Shown one piece after another: positions 43,801 through 54,746 of a DNA stretch of 64,000 bases; the stretch's first letter is position 1; every line of letters begins with the position of its first letter. The DNA lies in contig JAHDYR010000064.1 in assembly GCA_019828565.1 (NCBI GenBank), forward strand, positions 310,001-374,000. Direction: 5' to 3'. Below the pieces are notes generated by a model. It saw only the letters and a program-made list of their open reading frames with translations, made no database searches and had not been told where the DNA came from. Source of the stretch: Carpediemonas membranifera BICM. Its lineage: Eukaryota > Protista > Fornicata. The position numbers and the translations under genes were made by a program.

Positions 43801-46195
43801 CCGGCCATTTCCATGCTGTACCAGCGGGACCCGGCGGCCATGACGTAGCCGTAGAAGGAGTTGAGGATGCACTTATGGGCGAGCTGCAGGCTGTCCATGA
43901 GGACCACCATCTGCTTGGCCTGTTCCATAGCTGCTGCGTCGCCTGAGCCTTCGAGCTCGCGCATCTTGCCCTGCCAAACCTTGAGGTTCGTCTTAAACTC
44001 ATAGCGCTTGTCCCTAAACTGGCGCACAGTGTCAACGTAAAACGGGTTGTCCCTCTGGCAGATGAACGCCTCTCGCTTCCGTTCGATCTTCTCGTGGATC
44101 TCGCCTCTCGAGCTCTTGGCAGCGACCTTAACCTGCTCTTTGAAAGCATCCTCCATGTCACGTGCGGATCCAGTACGGGTCTGCTCGACGAACACCTTCT
44201 GTTGGAGTAGCGCGGCTGCGTCCAGCTTGAACACCAAGCCGCGCCACACCCAGTTCATCGCCTTCTGGCACTGCGCCTTGTCTCTGTAAAAATCGCACTG
44301 TGCGCAGTCGTGGTCGGTAACGACAGAGCATGGCTGAAGACGGTTCGTGAGGATGATGTTGGGGTACATCGCGGCGATGTCGAGGTGATAGATGAGGGGT
44401 TTGGCTGTGAACCTGCGTCGGGGCTGTGCGGCGGTCACTGTGCCATCTGGCTTGACACTGAGGCCGCCAATCGCAGCGAGACTCTCTCTGATGTGCGCCA
44501 GGGCATCTCTGAAGCCCTGCTGCTTCACTAGCTCCTCGGGGTCGACGTCAATATTCTCTTCAGCGACAACCGCGTGAATCAGATCAGCCTGCAACTTCCC
44601 ACAGAGGAACTGGTACGCCGAGGTGTCAATGTCGAACTCAACTGGGACGTCAGACCTGTAGATACCCGACCTCAGCGCCTCTACCCGCCCGCCGATGTAC
44701 GTCTCCTTATCTATGAGTCTGCCGTCGCTGTGGTACTTGATGACTTGGGCTTTCTGCTTGTCTGGGGCGACCACCTCTGCACGCTTGGCTTGGACCATCA
44801 ATAGGGCCTCACACAGACCACCAGAGCCCTTTCTGAGGACTTGGTCAGGACCGAGCGGGATCAGCGTACATAGACTGAATATAAATGGTTCAACGTACTT
44901 GACGTAAAGATAGTACGTCGCCACGGCATCCGAGACGGAATACTGGGCGTACACGAATGGGTTCGAGTGTGCAAGCGGCGTCATCTCCTCTGGATCGAGC
45001 TCATGCGGGTCATACCGCAGCTTCTCACGGCACACGGCCTTGAGGTTCTGGGACCCTTGGGGTAGGTACGAATCGCGCTGGACCCACTTGAAACAGTCGA
45101 GGTGGGGTGTCAACTCGCCGTAGTATTCGCCCTGTGAGGTTCCCTTCTCTGAGGCACGGCGGTTGTCGTCAGTGAACGCGTTTCTGATGGATGTCTCGCG
45201 CTCGAGCCAGCCGGGGGCGTCGGGCTCGGTCTCGAGGTCGTAGACGGCGGCTCTGCGCTCAATGTACGGCCAATCGAAGAAATCGCCGTTGAACGAGACG
45301 TACACGTGCGGCTTGTACGCCTTCATGTGCAGGAAGAACGTCTCGAGCAGCGCCTTCTCCGTGGGGACCTCCTGCACCGCGAACACACCGGGGAAGTCCT
45401 TGCTGGGCGTGAACTCGAGCGTCTGGGGGATCTGGCGGGCAGGGTCGGGGTTCTTGGGCACGGCGTTGTTGTTAACGATGAGGTGAGCGTTGTTCTTGCC
45501 CATCATGTAGGAGATCATCTGAATCTCATCATCGCGGGCATCAGGGAAGCGGAGAGGCTTCTTGGCCACCTCGATATCGAACGCCACTGTCCTGAGTGCG
45601 CACTTATCGAGCACGTTGGGCAGACACTCGAGCTTTTGCACGATGCTGTCGCTGTCCGAGGCAGCAGACCCGGGTTCGAGCGTGACGTTGTACCACTGGC
45701 CCACCCGGATCTCCTGGGCGATGAAAGACCGCATGAGGTACGGTACATCATGCTCCCTGAGCTCTGCGATGGTTGAGTCAGCTCCCTGGCGCCGCATCTG
45801 TTGGCGGATCTCGCGAGCTTTCGCCTCGAGGCTTGCCTGGGTGGGGAACTCGACCTTGATGTAGTCTTGGTACGGGGAGGTGATGTGGTTGGCGACATCA
45901 GTGTCTATGAGGCGTATGTCGGTCGTTGTGAGGCCCTCGTGGGCGAGAGACGAGGTAGCCGCAGCACGGTCGCTGTTTTGGCGTACCTTGAGGAGGAAAT
46001 ACGGTCTAAAGCGCTGGAGGGCGACGACAGTGTTGCCGTCTGCCTTGACGAACAGGAACTTGAGGGCGGATACGTTTCCTGATGCTTCGGCGGGTGCTGG
46101 AGCCTCTGCCTGGGTAAACACGTGGAAAAAGTTGTACAAACTTCGACGGCGTTAAGTAGCCATCCCCTGAAGCAGTGATCCGTCTCAACCACCAT
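37890..46195 (-). CDS. POLE: DNA polymerase epsilon catalytic subunit fused C-terminally to Dpb2/POLE2 (exons 46195-46142 and 46109-37890; about 2757 aa)
   Basis: Exo AFDIE, FNGDFFDWPYI; pol motifs YHLDIAAMYPNII, QLAHKCILNSFYGY, ELDTDGIW; CysA/CysB fingers; last ~500 aa carry Dpb2 OB-fold and PDE-like motifs. Confidence 0.95.
46110..46141 (-). other. Spliceosomal intron, 32 nt
   Basis: GTTTGTAC...TTTACCCAG; joins exon MVVETDHCFRGWLLNAVE (Pol2 GWLxN motif) in frame to the main ORF. Confidence 0.88.
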
Positions 46196-46393
46196 AGCGC
46201 GCTATTCACCTCTGACATAAACTGCACCTTTGCTTGACGGGCCAGGGATGCTGGTAGACATTCATATCGGCTATACCGACACTTTCCAGGGCTCCAGTAG
46301 CGAAAAATCAAGAACGGGCACTTTAGTGTCAAATTGACGGAATCTGCCGAATCCGAGCACTCCGCCGCCCCATCACCGAGAACTAAGGACATA

Positions 46394-48898
46394 ATGCTTA
46401 CACAACTGGCTTCCGAATATACACAGCTGGCCAAGTTGGATAAGAAGCTTCAGAAGTCGATTTCGGCAGCGCTTGCTCTGTTCCCGGAAGAATACACTGA
46501 CCTAGACTATGCTGGGATCATTAGAGAGCACCAAGGCGTTCTTCTTCAGCCCTGTCTTAATGCGATGGCCAAACAGACTCCCAAAGCGATGTTTACAGGC
46601 ATGCTGCTGGTCTCTCGCCTTCTCGGCTCCCTAAACCTGACCGAACCCCACCTTGGCGACATCGCCATGCGTGTTTTCGAGCTCTCTCGCGAGAAAGAGC
46701 TCCATTCCGATGACAAGATCCGATTGATGCTCATCAAGCTCTCCCAGTTCCTCTGCAACGCCGCTCCCACCTTGGATGAATCGGGTGTGACCCTTTCGAC
46801 TGCCATTTCAGCGCTGGTCAACCTCAAGATCTCCCAGGACAGCCTCATGCCTGTGGGAACGTCAAGTATCGTTACAGACGCCGTCAACGGCCTCTTCAGC
46901 GTCCTCGACGGCCTCCTATCAGTCGACGACCAGCGTGCTGCAGGCTTCCTTGCGCACACAGCCGACCTGTTCACCGACATGACCAGCATGGCTGCCGGGT
47001 CGCCCCTCATGTGGCTAAACTGCCGATCGCTGACTCCACAGGACGCCCTAGGGACTGTTACGGCGACTGTTAATCAGTGGGGCGCTATTATACTCGGTCA
47101 CGAAGGGTTTACGAAGGCCAGGGCTGCGTTATCAGCTCTGTGTGGGGCGCTGATCGACCGAACGAACGCCGCGAGCAACCCTCTCCTCGACATCTTCGCA
47201 AACTTTCCCCTGCTTGTCAAGTGGCATCACCAAGCAGCCACTAGAGGCTGGTCGACCTGTGGCGAGGCCGCTTTCGTTATGGAACCGCTCATTGGTCTCC
47301 TTTACTCGACCTCGCCCCAGATTCACACGATTGTACTGTCCGCACTGCTGAAGGGCATCGGACAGCACCCTGGAGCTGACTCAACCACCACAATATTGTC
47401 ACACTGTCTCTCTCTCGTGTCAGTCGAGTCGCCTAGAGTCGACCTTACATACAAGCTGGCGACTTTTGTCATCAACAGCAGCCAGACCACGCTCACCCTC
47501 GACCAGATCGCCCTTTCTGCTTCAGTAATCGCCCAACTCGCCCCCGGTGTGGAGCTAGCCGAGGCTCTCTCCTGCGTCGAGCGCCTGTGGGCTCTGTCAG
47601 ACCGTTCAGCCGAAGTGGCCGCCGACCCTGACGCAGACCACAGCGCGGTCCAGTCGGTGCTCACTCAGATCATATGCCGCCTGGCGGACGTGGCGCTCGA
47701 CTCAAGGATCCATGTCCGAACGTCTGCCGTGAAGACACTGTTTGGTGTCGTCAGCACGCATGGAGACATCCTCGAGGAGGCTGCGTCTGCAAGGGCGGTG
47801 CAGGAGATCATGAGAGTGGCCGACGACCTCCTAGACCGCCTCGCAGTGGCTGTGGCGGACCAGTCGGGGACCCCGGACTTCGTGGACGTGACCCAGTCGA
47901 GCCCACTCGCCTCTGTCGCCTCCACACTCAGTGTCCTCCTCGCTGAGCTGACAAGTGCTGTTATCCAGCGTGGTGTGGTCCTCGCCGCCGAAGACAGGAG
48001 CCGTGTCATCCGAATGGCCGCGCTGATGTTCCAGGAGAACTCGGCCCAGCTCAGAGATAAGGCGGATAGGGCGTTCTCCCTCTCAGTGGTCGAGTCCATC
48101 GTCAGATTCATCGCTTTCTACCGGGACTGGTCCCTCTGGGTCGTGTTTGCTGAGTCGATCGACTTCAAAACGATGACCCGAAAGACTGCAGTCGCGTGGG
48201 TCGCCCAGGTTTTCCAGTGTACCCCGGCGGATTTCTCTGCCGTCCTTGACGTAATTCGCATACTCACAAGAACACCGTCACCCAACGCTGAAGCGGCAGT
48301 GCAGACAGCTGTTCCACTGCTCTCTTCAGCGGCGTTTGAGCGATACTACGACAGTTTGGCAGCCCATGAACGAGTCAACGCTGACAAGGTTCGTCCGGTG
48401 CATTTTATGACAACACCGGGGCTGGAGGAGGCGGCGCTATACATGATGGACGTCCTTCCTGCGGATGAGAACTGCACATACAGTAGACTTGCACCTTTGT
48501 TGGCGGATTTAGTAGATTCATGCGATCCCCGGCTGTATATTGCGATCCAGGAGAAGATTTGCATATCTGGACTCGGCGGTCTGCCCGAGCCCATGCTCCG
48601 AGTCCTCGCCACGGCTGTTGAGCGGGCCGCCGAACACCCTCTGCTCGATTCGCTCATTAGCTTCCTCGACGGAGTCATTCAACTCGAGAATTTGATCGGA
48701 TCAAATCTCGGCCTCGATATTGCGAGTGCCGACCTTGTCCGGGTTGAGCAGGCGGTCGACTTCATCCGCCGTCTGTCACCGACCACAGCTCCAGGACAGC
48801 GGTCGGCGTCCTTTGCTGAGCAAATGGCTCAAGTGGTGAGAGGTGCCGAGGAACTCGCACTCGTGCCCGTATGCGGCGTGTTATCGACCCTGCGGTGA
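46394..48898 (+). CDS. MON2-like (Arf-GEF-related) HEAT-repeat protein, shortened
   Basis: N-terminal DCB-like LLQPCLNAM..., DSRIHVRTSAVKTLFGVVSTHG resembles the MON2 C-terminal HDS region; all-helical composition. Confidence 0.65.
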   Translation: MLTQLASEYTQLAKLDKKLQKSISAALALFPEEYTDLDYAGIIREHQGVLLQPCLNAMAKQTPKAMFTGMLLVSRLLGSLNLTEPHLGDIAMRVFELSREKELHSDDKIRLMLIKLSQFLCNAAPTLDESGVTLSTAISALVNLKISQDSLMPVGTSSIVTDAVNGLFSVLDGLLSVDDQRAAGFLAHTADLFTDMTSMAAGSPLMWLNCRSLTPQDALGTVTATVNQWGAIILGHEGFTKARAALSALCGALIDRTNAASNPLLDIFANFPLLVKWHHQAATRGWSTCGEAAFVMEPLIGLLYSTSPQIHTIVLSALLKGIGQHPGADSTTTILSHCLSLVSVESPRVDLTYKLATFVINSSQTTLTLDQIALSASVIAQLAPGVELAEALSCVERLWALSDRSAEVAADPDADHSAVQSVLTQIICRLADVALDSRIHVRTSAVKTLFGVVSTHGDILEEAASARAVQEIMRVADDLLDRLAVAVADQSGTPDFVDVTQSSPLASVASTLSVLLAELTSAVIQRGVVLAAEDRSRVIRMAALMFQENSAQLRDKADRAFSLSVVESIVRFIAFYRDWSLWVVFAESIDFKTMTRKTAVAWVAQVFQCTPADFSAVLDVIRILTRTPSPNAEAAVQTAVPLLSSAAFERYYDSLAAHERVNADKVRPVHFMTTPGLEEAALYMMDVLPADENCTYSRLAPLLADLVDSCDPRLYIAIQEKICISGLGGLPEPMLRVLATAVERAAEHPLLDSLISFLDGVIQLENLIGSNLGLDIASADLVRVEQAVDFIRRLSPTTAPGQRSASFAEQMAQVVRGAEELALVPVCGVLSTLR

Positions 48899-49091
48899 CG
48901 GTTCTGTACAGATAACGACATTTGTAAAGTTTTCACCGCGAAACTGTCAGTGCTTTTCAAAGCCTGCCCACGCAAACCAAGTCGCCCCACGCGTAAATCA
49001 TGTATCCTCGGGTGTGATGGTTCCAGATTCTATCCGCAGATACGCGTTGACAGTCGTTGAACGGAGTCGAAAGACAAGAAGTTCGCCCATC

Positions 49092-50906
49092 ATGACGGGA
49101 ACGGACGAGCTGGTCAGCAAAGTAACGAACTTTTACAACAACTTGTACAAAGATTGCCCTGACTTCTCTGATGACGTCAAGACGTCGTTCCTTGCCAAGA
49201 TTATCGACGAAGTGAAGAAGTCAGGGATCGTAGAGGCAGCACAGGCCACTTCTGAGGAGAATGCATGGTACAAGACGGCTGTTGGCTACTCCATGTACGT
49301 GGATAAGTTCTGTGGCACGTTTGACGGCCTCAAGGAGCTCCTCGACGCCAAGGACTCCACCCTACCCGAGATGGGCGTCAGCCTGCTTCACCTGCTCCCC
49401 ATCCTCGACGACGGCGGTGCAGACGGCGGCTTTGACATCAAGGACTACACCCGCATCCGCCCCTCTCTCTTCCGCGACCCTGGCGACAAGGAGGGGAACA
49501 CCGAGACCTTCAGCGCCTTCCTCGCCGCCGCACGGGAGCGGGGTATGCGTGTACTCTTTGACGTGGCACTGAACCACTGCTCTGTGCAGCACGAGTGGTT
49601 TGAGACTGCTGTTGCGGCCATCAACGCCCACGTCACTGAGGGCACTCCCCTCCCCGCCGATCCGGCCCACCCCTTCAACTTCTTCATCTGGACTACACAC
49701 GGGGGCCCCGGCTACCCCACTAGCCCCGCCTACGATGAGCCCAATGTCCGTAGGATCTTCTCGTTCGAGCCGTCCAACTGGGCTCGGGTGGGCGAGACGC
49801 CGTACTTCTATCTGCACCGGTTCAAGACGGAGCAGCCTGACCTGAACTACCACAACCCCGCTGTCCTCCTCGAAAGTGTCAAGATCATCGCCTTCTGGGC
49901 ACACGCTGGTGTAGGCGGGCTTCGTCTCGACGCCCTTCCCTACCTGTGGAAGGTCGACCGCCAGAAGACGCACGAGAGGGACTGGGTGTGTGAGAACGAG
50001 TCCGGGACCCACATCATCGTCCAGCTGTGGCGCGCCATCGCAGACGCCCTCCGCCCGGCCGACGACGCTCTCCTCTTGCTTTGCGAGTCGAACCAGGAGT
50101 TCGAAGAGGTCGCCAAGTACCTCGGCAAGCCCGGTGCGCCCCCAGAGTGCCACGCGGCGTACAACTTCCCCGCCTTGACCCGGATGTGGCACGCTCTCGC
50201 CACACAGAGCCCTGCCACCCTCATCGACACGTGGAACGAGGTCGCCGGCCTCGCCCGCCCCGATGCTACCTGGGTTGCTATGCTTCGGTGCCACGACGAG
50301 CTGACGCTCGAGAAGGTCGCGGTCACCCCTCAGATCCGAGACGACGTGACCACCGTGTTCCTACAGGACCCCTCGTGGAAGTTCCGGGTAACCGAAGACA
50401 GCGAGGGGCGGGAGATCGTCGAAGGCATCTCTGCTCGTCTGGCCAGCCTCCTCAAGAACGACCGCGACTGGTGGACCCTCGCCATTGCAGTCCAGCTCTC
50501 GCTGCCCGGCATTCCCATGATTTACATGGGCGATGAGTTCGGGATGGGTAATAGCCCAGTCACCCCTGAGGCCGAGGTCGATAGCCGCTACCTGTGCCGC
50601 GCCTCCATCGACTGGGGGCAGGTCAGGTCTGAGCGCGCTGACCCGGACTCATGGACAGCGTTCTGCTACGGGACTCTCAAGCAGCTCATCGCCACCCGCG
50701 GCAACCTTACAGGCCGCGCTGAACTCAAGCAGGTCGGTGGCCACGTGCTGATGGTGGAAAGGGGGGGCAGCGTGTGTCTCATGAACTACAGCGATGGCGA
50801 GGTCAGCGTGGAGGCGAAGGGCAAAGTGCTGTTCGCTAAGAACGCCGAGGTCGGCGATGGCAGCGTCAAACTGGGCCGCTATGGCGTCTGCTGGCTCAAA
50901 AAGTGA
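49092..50906 (+). CDS. GH13 alpha-amylase family, trehalose synthase (TreS)/amylosucrase-like
   Basis: DGGFDIKDY, DVALNHCS, YLHRFKTEQPDLNY, GLRLDALPYLWK (nucleophile), LCESNQ (acid/base), LRCHDELTLE, PGIPMIYMGDEFG. Confidence 0.9.
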   Translation: MTGTDELVSKVTNFYNNLYKDCPDFSDDVKTSFLAKIIDEVKKSGIVEAAQATSEENAWYKTAVGYSMYVDKFCGTFDGLKELLDAKDSTLPEMGVSLLHLLPILDDGGADGGFDIKDYTRIRPSLFRDPGDKEGNTETFSAFLAAARERGMRVLFDVALNHCSVQHEWFETAVAAINAHVTEGTPLPADPAHPFNFFIWTTHGGPGYPTSPAYDEPNVRRIFSFEPSNWARVGETPYFYLHRFKTEQPDLNYHNPAVLLESVKIIAFWAHAGVGGLRLDALPYLWKVDRQKTHERDWVCENESGTHIIVQLWRAIADALRPADDALLLLCESNQEFEEVAKYLGKPGAPPECHAAYNFPALTRMWHALATQSPATLIDTWNEVAGLARPDATWVAMLRCHDELTLEKVAVTPQIRDDVTTVFLQDPSWKFRVTEDSEGREIVEGISARLASLLKNDRDWWTLAIAVQLSLPGIPMIYMGDEFGMGNSPVTPEAEVDSRYLCRASIDWGQVRSERADPDSWTAFCYGTLKQLIATRGNLTGRAELKQVGGHVLMVERGGSVCLMNYSDGEVSVEAKGKVLFAKNAEVGDGSVKLGRYGVCWLKK

Positions 50907-50968
50907 GCGAATTACTTTAAACTACCATAAATCACGTAACAAACTGTACCGGAGTCGAACGCATCAGG

Positions 50969-52561
50969 ATGGGACGACGGCGATTACTGAGCGATAGCGA
51001 GTCCGACGATTATTATCCATCAGGATCAGGCTACGAGAGCTCCCACTCTTCCGCTAGGCTCCAAGATGATCCTATGGCCGTCTTTGAGAAGACAGTGGAC
51101 AACAGTACGGTGCTGGCCACTCCTAAGAAGGTGAACATGTCCTGGGAAGAATCCTCTCCCGAAATCAACGTGGACCGCGTGAATCCAGGCTATCTCGGCG
51201 AATTTGTGGCCGGTGACGACGAAATTGAGTATGCAACATCCTCCTCCGAGGAAGAAGACGAGGTCCAAGGCAGCTCATTCTACCGCATACACCAGATAGA
51301 CGACGAGGACGCCCTGGACCCCAAGCTGCAGATGCGTCTGATGATGTTTGCCCGGTGGAGCGACGCTGAGAAGTTCGCCTTCTTCATTGGAGCAATGGCC
51401 AAGCTCGTGCTCGACACCGACGCCTTCAAATCTCTGATGCGGAACAAGGAGGCGCGGACGGCCATCACATACTACCCCAACCGGGCGCTCGCGGTTGCTT
51501 CCGCAGCCAAGTCATCAGTCTGGCGTGCCGAGATTAAGGATGCTGTGTTCGGTCGCACAGGCCGCTCCATGAATGAGAAGAAGGTTAGACAGCTGCCGTG
51601 CGACATTTGCCATAGGGACCGTGCAACGTCCCGGTCTGTAACCCTCAGTGGGGCCAAATACGACCCCGTTGCGTGGGTCCAGGCCTGGTCAAGCCAGAGC
51701 AGGCTAAGCCGGCCGGTGGTGAAGGAGGCCTCGCCAGTAACACCACGTCGCCGCATGCTTCTCGACTCTGACAGCGAGGAGAGCTCGTCCTCTGGCTCGG
51801 ACTCCGACCATGCCGGGAGCGAGACTCATGGTCCAGACTCGGGGTCGCCCCACCCCGAGGTGTTCGAGATCGACGAGTCTGACCCCCCGCCTTCCGAGCC
51901 TGGGACACCTCTCGCCGCCGGTTGGGATAGCGATGAAGTCAATGATGACTTCAAAGTACTCGATGACGCGGATGACGACCCTCCACTGAGCAAGGCTGAC
52001 CTGGCCCGGCTCCCGTTCGTCGAGGCCGAGAATGCTGGGCCCGTGGTGACCTACCGGGCGGGCAGAATGTGCTCGATGCGTGTGGCACTGGCTCATAAGG
52101 CAGCGCACTGGACAACAAGGCTGGTACTGGGCATCGTCAAGCGTGTAGAGACCACCACAGACGCTGACGTGGCGACAGCGATGCTTTTGGCCGATAATGT
52201 TTGGATGCTTGACCAGCGTCAGGAGCTCGAGGCCCTAGAAGCGCAGAGGTCCGCCATGCTGACCGAGTACACCGGGGGCGACTACCGCAAGTCGTATGCG
52301 GCGATGGGATCCCGGAACAAGGCGGGCAAGGGGCGGAAGAAGATGATGACTCTGCTCCAACACGAGGGGAAGAAGGCCAAGAGTGCGCGGGCAAAAGCAC
52401 GGCGTAATAAGAAGCAGAAGCAGCGTCGGATCAACGCCATGGACTCGGTGAAGCCGATACCTGAGGTGAAGACGGAGAAGAAGAAGAATAACAAGAACAG
52501 GTGGCAGAAGAAGAAGAACCAGACCCAGACGCGACTCAAGCGGGAGCCACGGGTGACGTAA
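50969..52561 (+). CDS. CCDC82/DUF4211-like protein with acidic tracts and basic tail
   Basis: SSVW...CDICHR...VTLSGAKYD and GRMCSMRVALAH...HW pattern; Lys-rich NLS-like C-terminus. Confidence 0.6.
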   Translation: MGRRRLLSDSESDDYYPSGSGYESSHSSARLQDDPMAVFEKTVDNSTVLATPKKVNMSWEESSPEINVDRVNPGYLGEFVAGDDEIEYATSSSEEEDEVQGSSFYRIHQIDDEDALDPKLQMRLMMFARWSDAEKFAFFIGAMAKLVLDTDAFKSLMRNKEARTAITYYPNRALAVASAAKSSVWRAEIKDAVFGRTGRSMNEKKVRQLPCDICHRDRATSRSVTLSGAKYDPVAWVQAWSSQSRLSRPVVKEASPVTPRRRMLLDSDSEESSSSGSDSDHAGSETHGPDSGSPHPEVFEIDESDPPPSEPGTPLAAGWDSDEVNDDFKVLDDADDDPPLSKADLARLPFVEAENAGPVVTYRAGRMCSMRVALAHKAAHWTTRLVLGIVKRVETTTDADVATAMLLADNVWMLDQRQELEALEAQRSAMLTEYTGGDYRKSYAAMGSRNKAGKGRKKMMTLLQHEGKKAKSARAKARRNKKQKQRRINAMDSVKPIPEVKTEKKKNNKNRWQKKKNQTQTRLKREPRVT

Positions 52562-52608
52562 TAAACAGGTCCGGATTATTTACTTGCTTAGTTGCGTTTA
52601 TAGTATAG

Positions 52609-53355
52609 TTAAAGCAGCCTAGTCGGCCAGCAGTGGGTCATGACATCCGGGTCTCGAATAATCGTCGTCGGTTCCCTCACAGACGCCACGCGGTACGTTT
52701 CATGCGATGGCTGGGCGGGGATACTCCACGTATGTTCCATCTTCGGGCTCGGGGTAGGGCATGGCGACGGGGGTCGGCGGACCTCGATGACTGCACTTTG
52801 AGTCGGCTGGGTAAGAGCATCGTTCGTCACGAGCTCTTCGTCGTTCGCGAGCAGGGCGAATCCGTGCTCGTCCGTGAGCTGGCTGGTGTGAGACAGTTTG
52901 TGGTACTGCATTACCCGGGCCCGCGTCTTTTGTAGATGCGACGCGATTGACTGGCGACTGAGGCCGTCAATATTGAGGTGCGCCATGAGCATCTTGGGGA
53001 CGACGCTTTTGATTCCCATGCGCAGGGTGACCATGATGAACCTGTGATGGAGTTCGGGCGTCCAGACAACCCGGTACTTGCCGTGGTCGCTCATGGAGAT
53101 GCTGTGCTGGACCTTGAGGCTGTCCATGGCACGACATGCCTTAGAGCTGCTCTTGTAGTTGCTTGTGTCACCAATAATGGCTGTTTTGCTCGTTCTTTGG
53201 CCGTAGTTCGAGCCTCCATCCAGCGCTGGGCGCGTAAGAGCTTTCTGCTCAGCACCAGCTGCATAATGGATCGAATTTGTCCGTGATATATCACCAAGAA
53301 CAGTGTGAGCAGCGGTGTGCATCATATGAGCGTTTGGACGCCTCTTGACAAACAT
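52609..53355 (-). CDS. GARP-type (SHAQKYF-class) Myb DNA-binding protein
   Basis: KYRVVWTPELHHRF...LGxxxVPKxL...GLSRQSIASHLQK pattern (MGIKSVVPKML here); start uncertain (53355 or 53325). Confidence 0.88.
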   Translation of the reverse strand: MFVKRRPNAHMMHTAAHTVLGDISRTNSIHYAAGAEQKALTRPALDGGSNYGQRTSKTAIIGDTSNYKSSSKACRAMDSLKVQHSISMSDHGKYRVVWTPELHHRFIMVTLRMGIKSVVPKMLMAHLNIDGLSRQSIASHLQKTRARVMQYHKLSHTSQLTDEHGFALLANDEELVTNDALTQPTQSAVIEVRRPPSPCPTPSPKMEHTWSIPAQPSHETYRVASVREPTTIIRDPDVMTHCWPTRLL

Positions 53356-53657
53356 GCTCGGTCGCGGATTTTGAGCCGGCTGAAAATCTCGTATATCTAG
53401 TACCGTACATCTCTTATGCAACTCAAACGGCTGGGGGCGGGGGCACTGGGCCTAGACAGCAACATCGAATCCTTTCTATATTTTTCGATTTGAGATTGGT
53501 GAAACCATCTCTTCTGGCAAGAGGACATTTCTCAGTCAAGGCAAGTGAAAGAAGGACCAAATGTGATCCGTATGGCAACTAACCACACCACACCAGACCA
53601 GGTACGGTCCTTTACAGTCGAATCAAATCATCCAAGAGGATCGACTCCAACCCCACT

Positions 53658-54284
53658 TCAGCGGCTACCATGAGACCCGCCAATCCCTGCCCCGCTGTAC
53701 GGTTGGTACTGCATGACCGGGGCCTGCATCATGCTTGGCTGATATGGAGCTGGGTTTTGCATCATCTGCGGGTTGCCATACATTGTGGCAAACGCCTGAG
53801 GGGGCGCTCCAAGGCGAGGGGCCGCGTAGTACGGGTTCAGAGGGTTTTGACCGGTGAGCATCTGACTGGCAGCCTTCTTGTTGGCCTTCCTTTGGGGAAT
53901 GCCGAGGCCGAGTAACACGATACCGATGACGAAGACGATGAAACCAATGTTGCTAAGGAAGGGCGCGATGATCATTAGAACAATACCGAATGGGATCATG
54001 GTCTTGCGGGTGTATTGGCCGCGTAGGGAAAGAATCAGGCAAATGATCAGCAGAATTTCGAGGAGGAAAATGCCGATAAGGACGATAAAGACGACGAATG
54101 TCGCCAAAAAGACCACCGCAAGGTAGAAGACGGCGTAAAGAATGCCAACAATAGAGCTTGTGGTGCTGTCATCGCTAGAATCACCAAAACTCCAAGATTG
54201 TGCAGGGTATTTGTCCGGTTCAAGAGTGTTGGTTGCAAGTACAGCTACTAATAGCAGCGAGAAGATGAATACAGACGTTTTCAT
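53658..54284 (-). CDS. Membrane protein with signal peptide, 3-4 TM helices and Pro/Gln/Tyr-rich tail
   Basis: MKTSVFIFSLLLVAVLA signal, hydrophobic segments, PYYAAP/PYQP tail. Confidence 0.75.
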   Translation of the reverse strand: MKTSVFIFSLLLVAVLATNTLEPDKYPAQSWSFGDSSDDSTTSSIVGILYAVFYLAVVFLATFVVFIVLIGIFLLEILLIICLILSLRGQYTRKTMIPFGIVLMIIAPFLSNIGFIVFVIGIVLLGLGIPQRKANKKAASQMLTGQNPLNPYYAAPRLGAPPQAFATMYGNPQMMQNPAPYQPSMMQAPVMQYQPYSGAGIGGSHGSR

Positions 54285-54746
54285 CCGTTTGAATATGGTA
54301 ACAGGCAAAGCTTGTTGGTTGGCGCGGATCTCGATCACGGCTCAATCTCCAATTTGGGCGATTCCAGAACATAATCGCCAGATGGAGCAGGTCTCAAGCC
54401 ACACACTGCCCTGCTTTGTTCCCTGACTGTGCCGGCAAGACACCCAGACACCACATGACTGACATGAGCCATTCATCCACGATGCAATACCAACAGGCTA
54501 TTTCCACGCATTGCGGATGATTCGTGCCAATCATTCCACAAGAAGCGTCATTGTCATCTTATCGCACATGAAGTGTTTGCGCGCCTATGACGCACTGTAG
54601 TCGGCCTGAACCCGAGCAATGGGGTGGATGAGGTATGTATGTCATAGAGATAGATACCGGTAGATTTTGAGACACAGTCAGATTATTGGATTTGATTCTT
54701 TTTTTTCAACAAACACAACGAGACACACAATTCACTGAAGCCAGCA

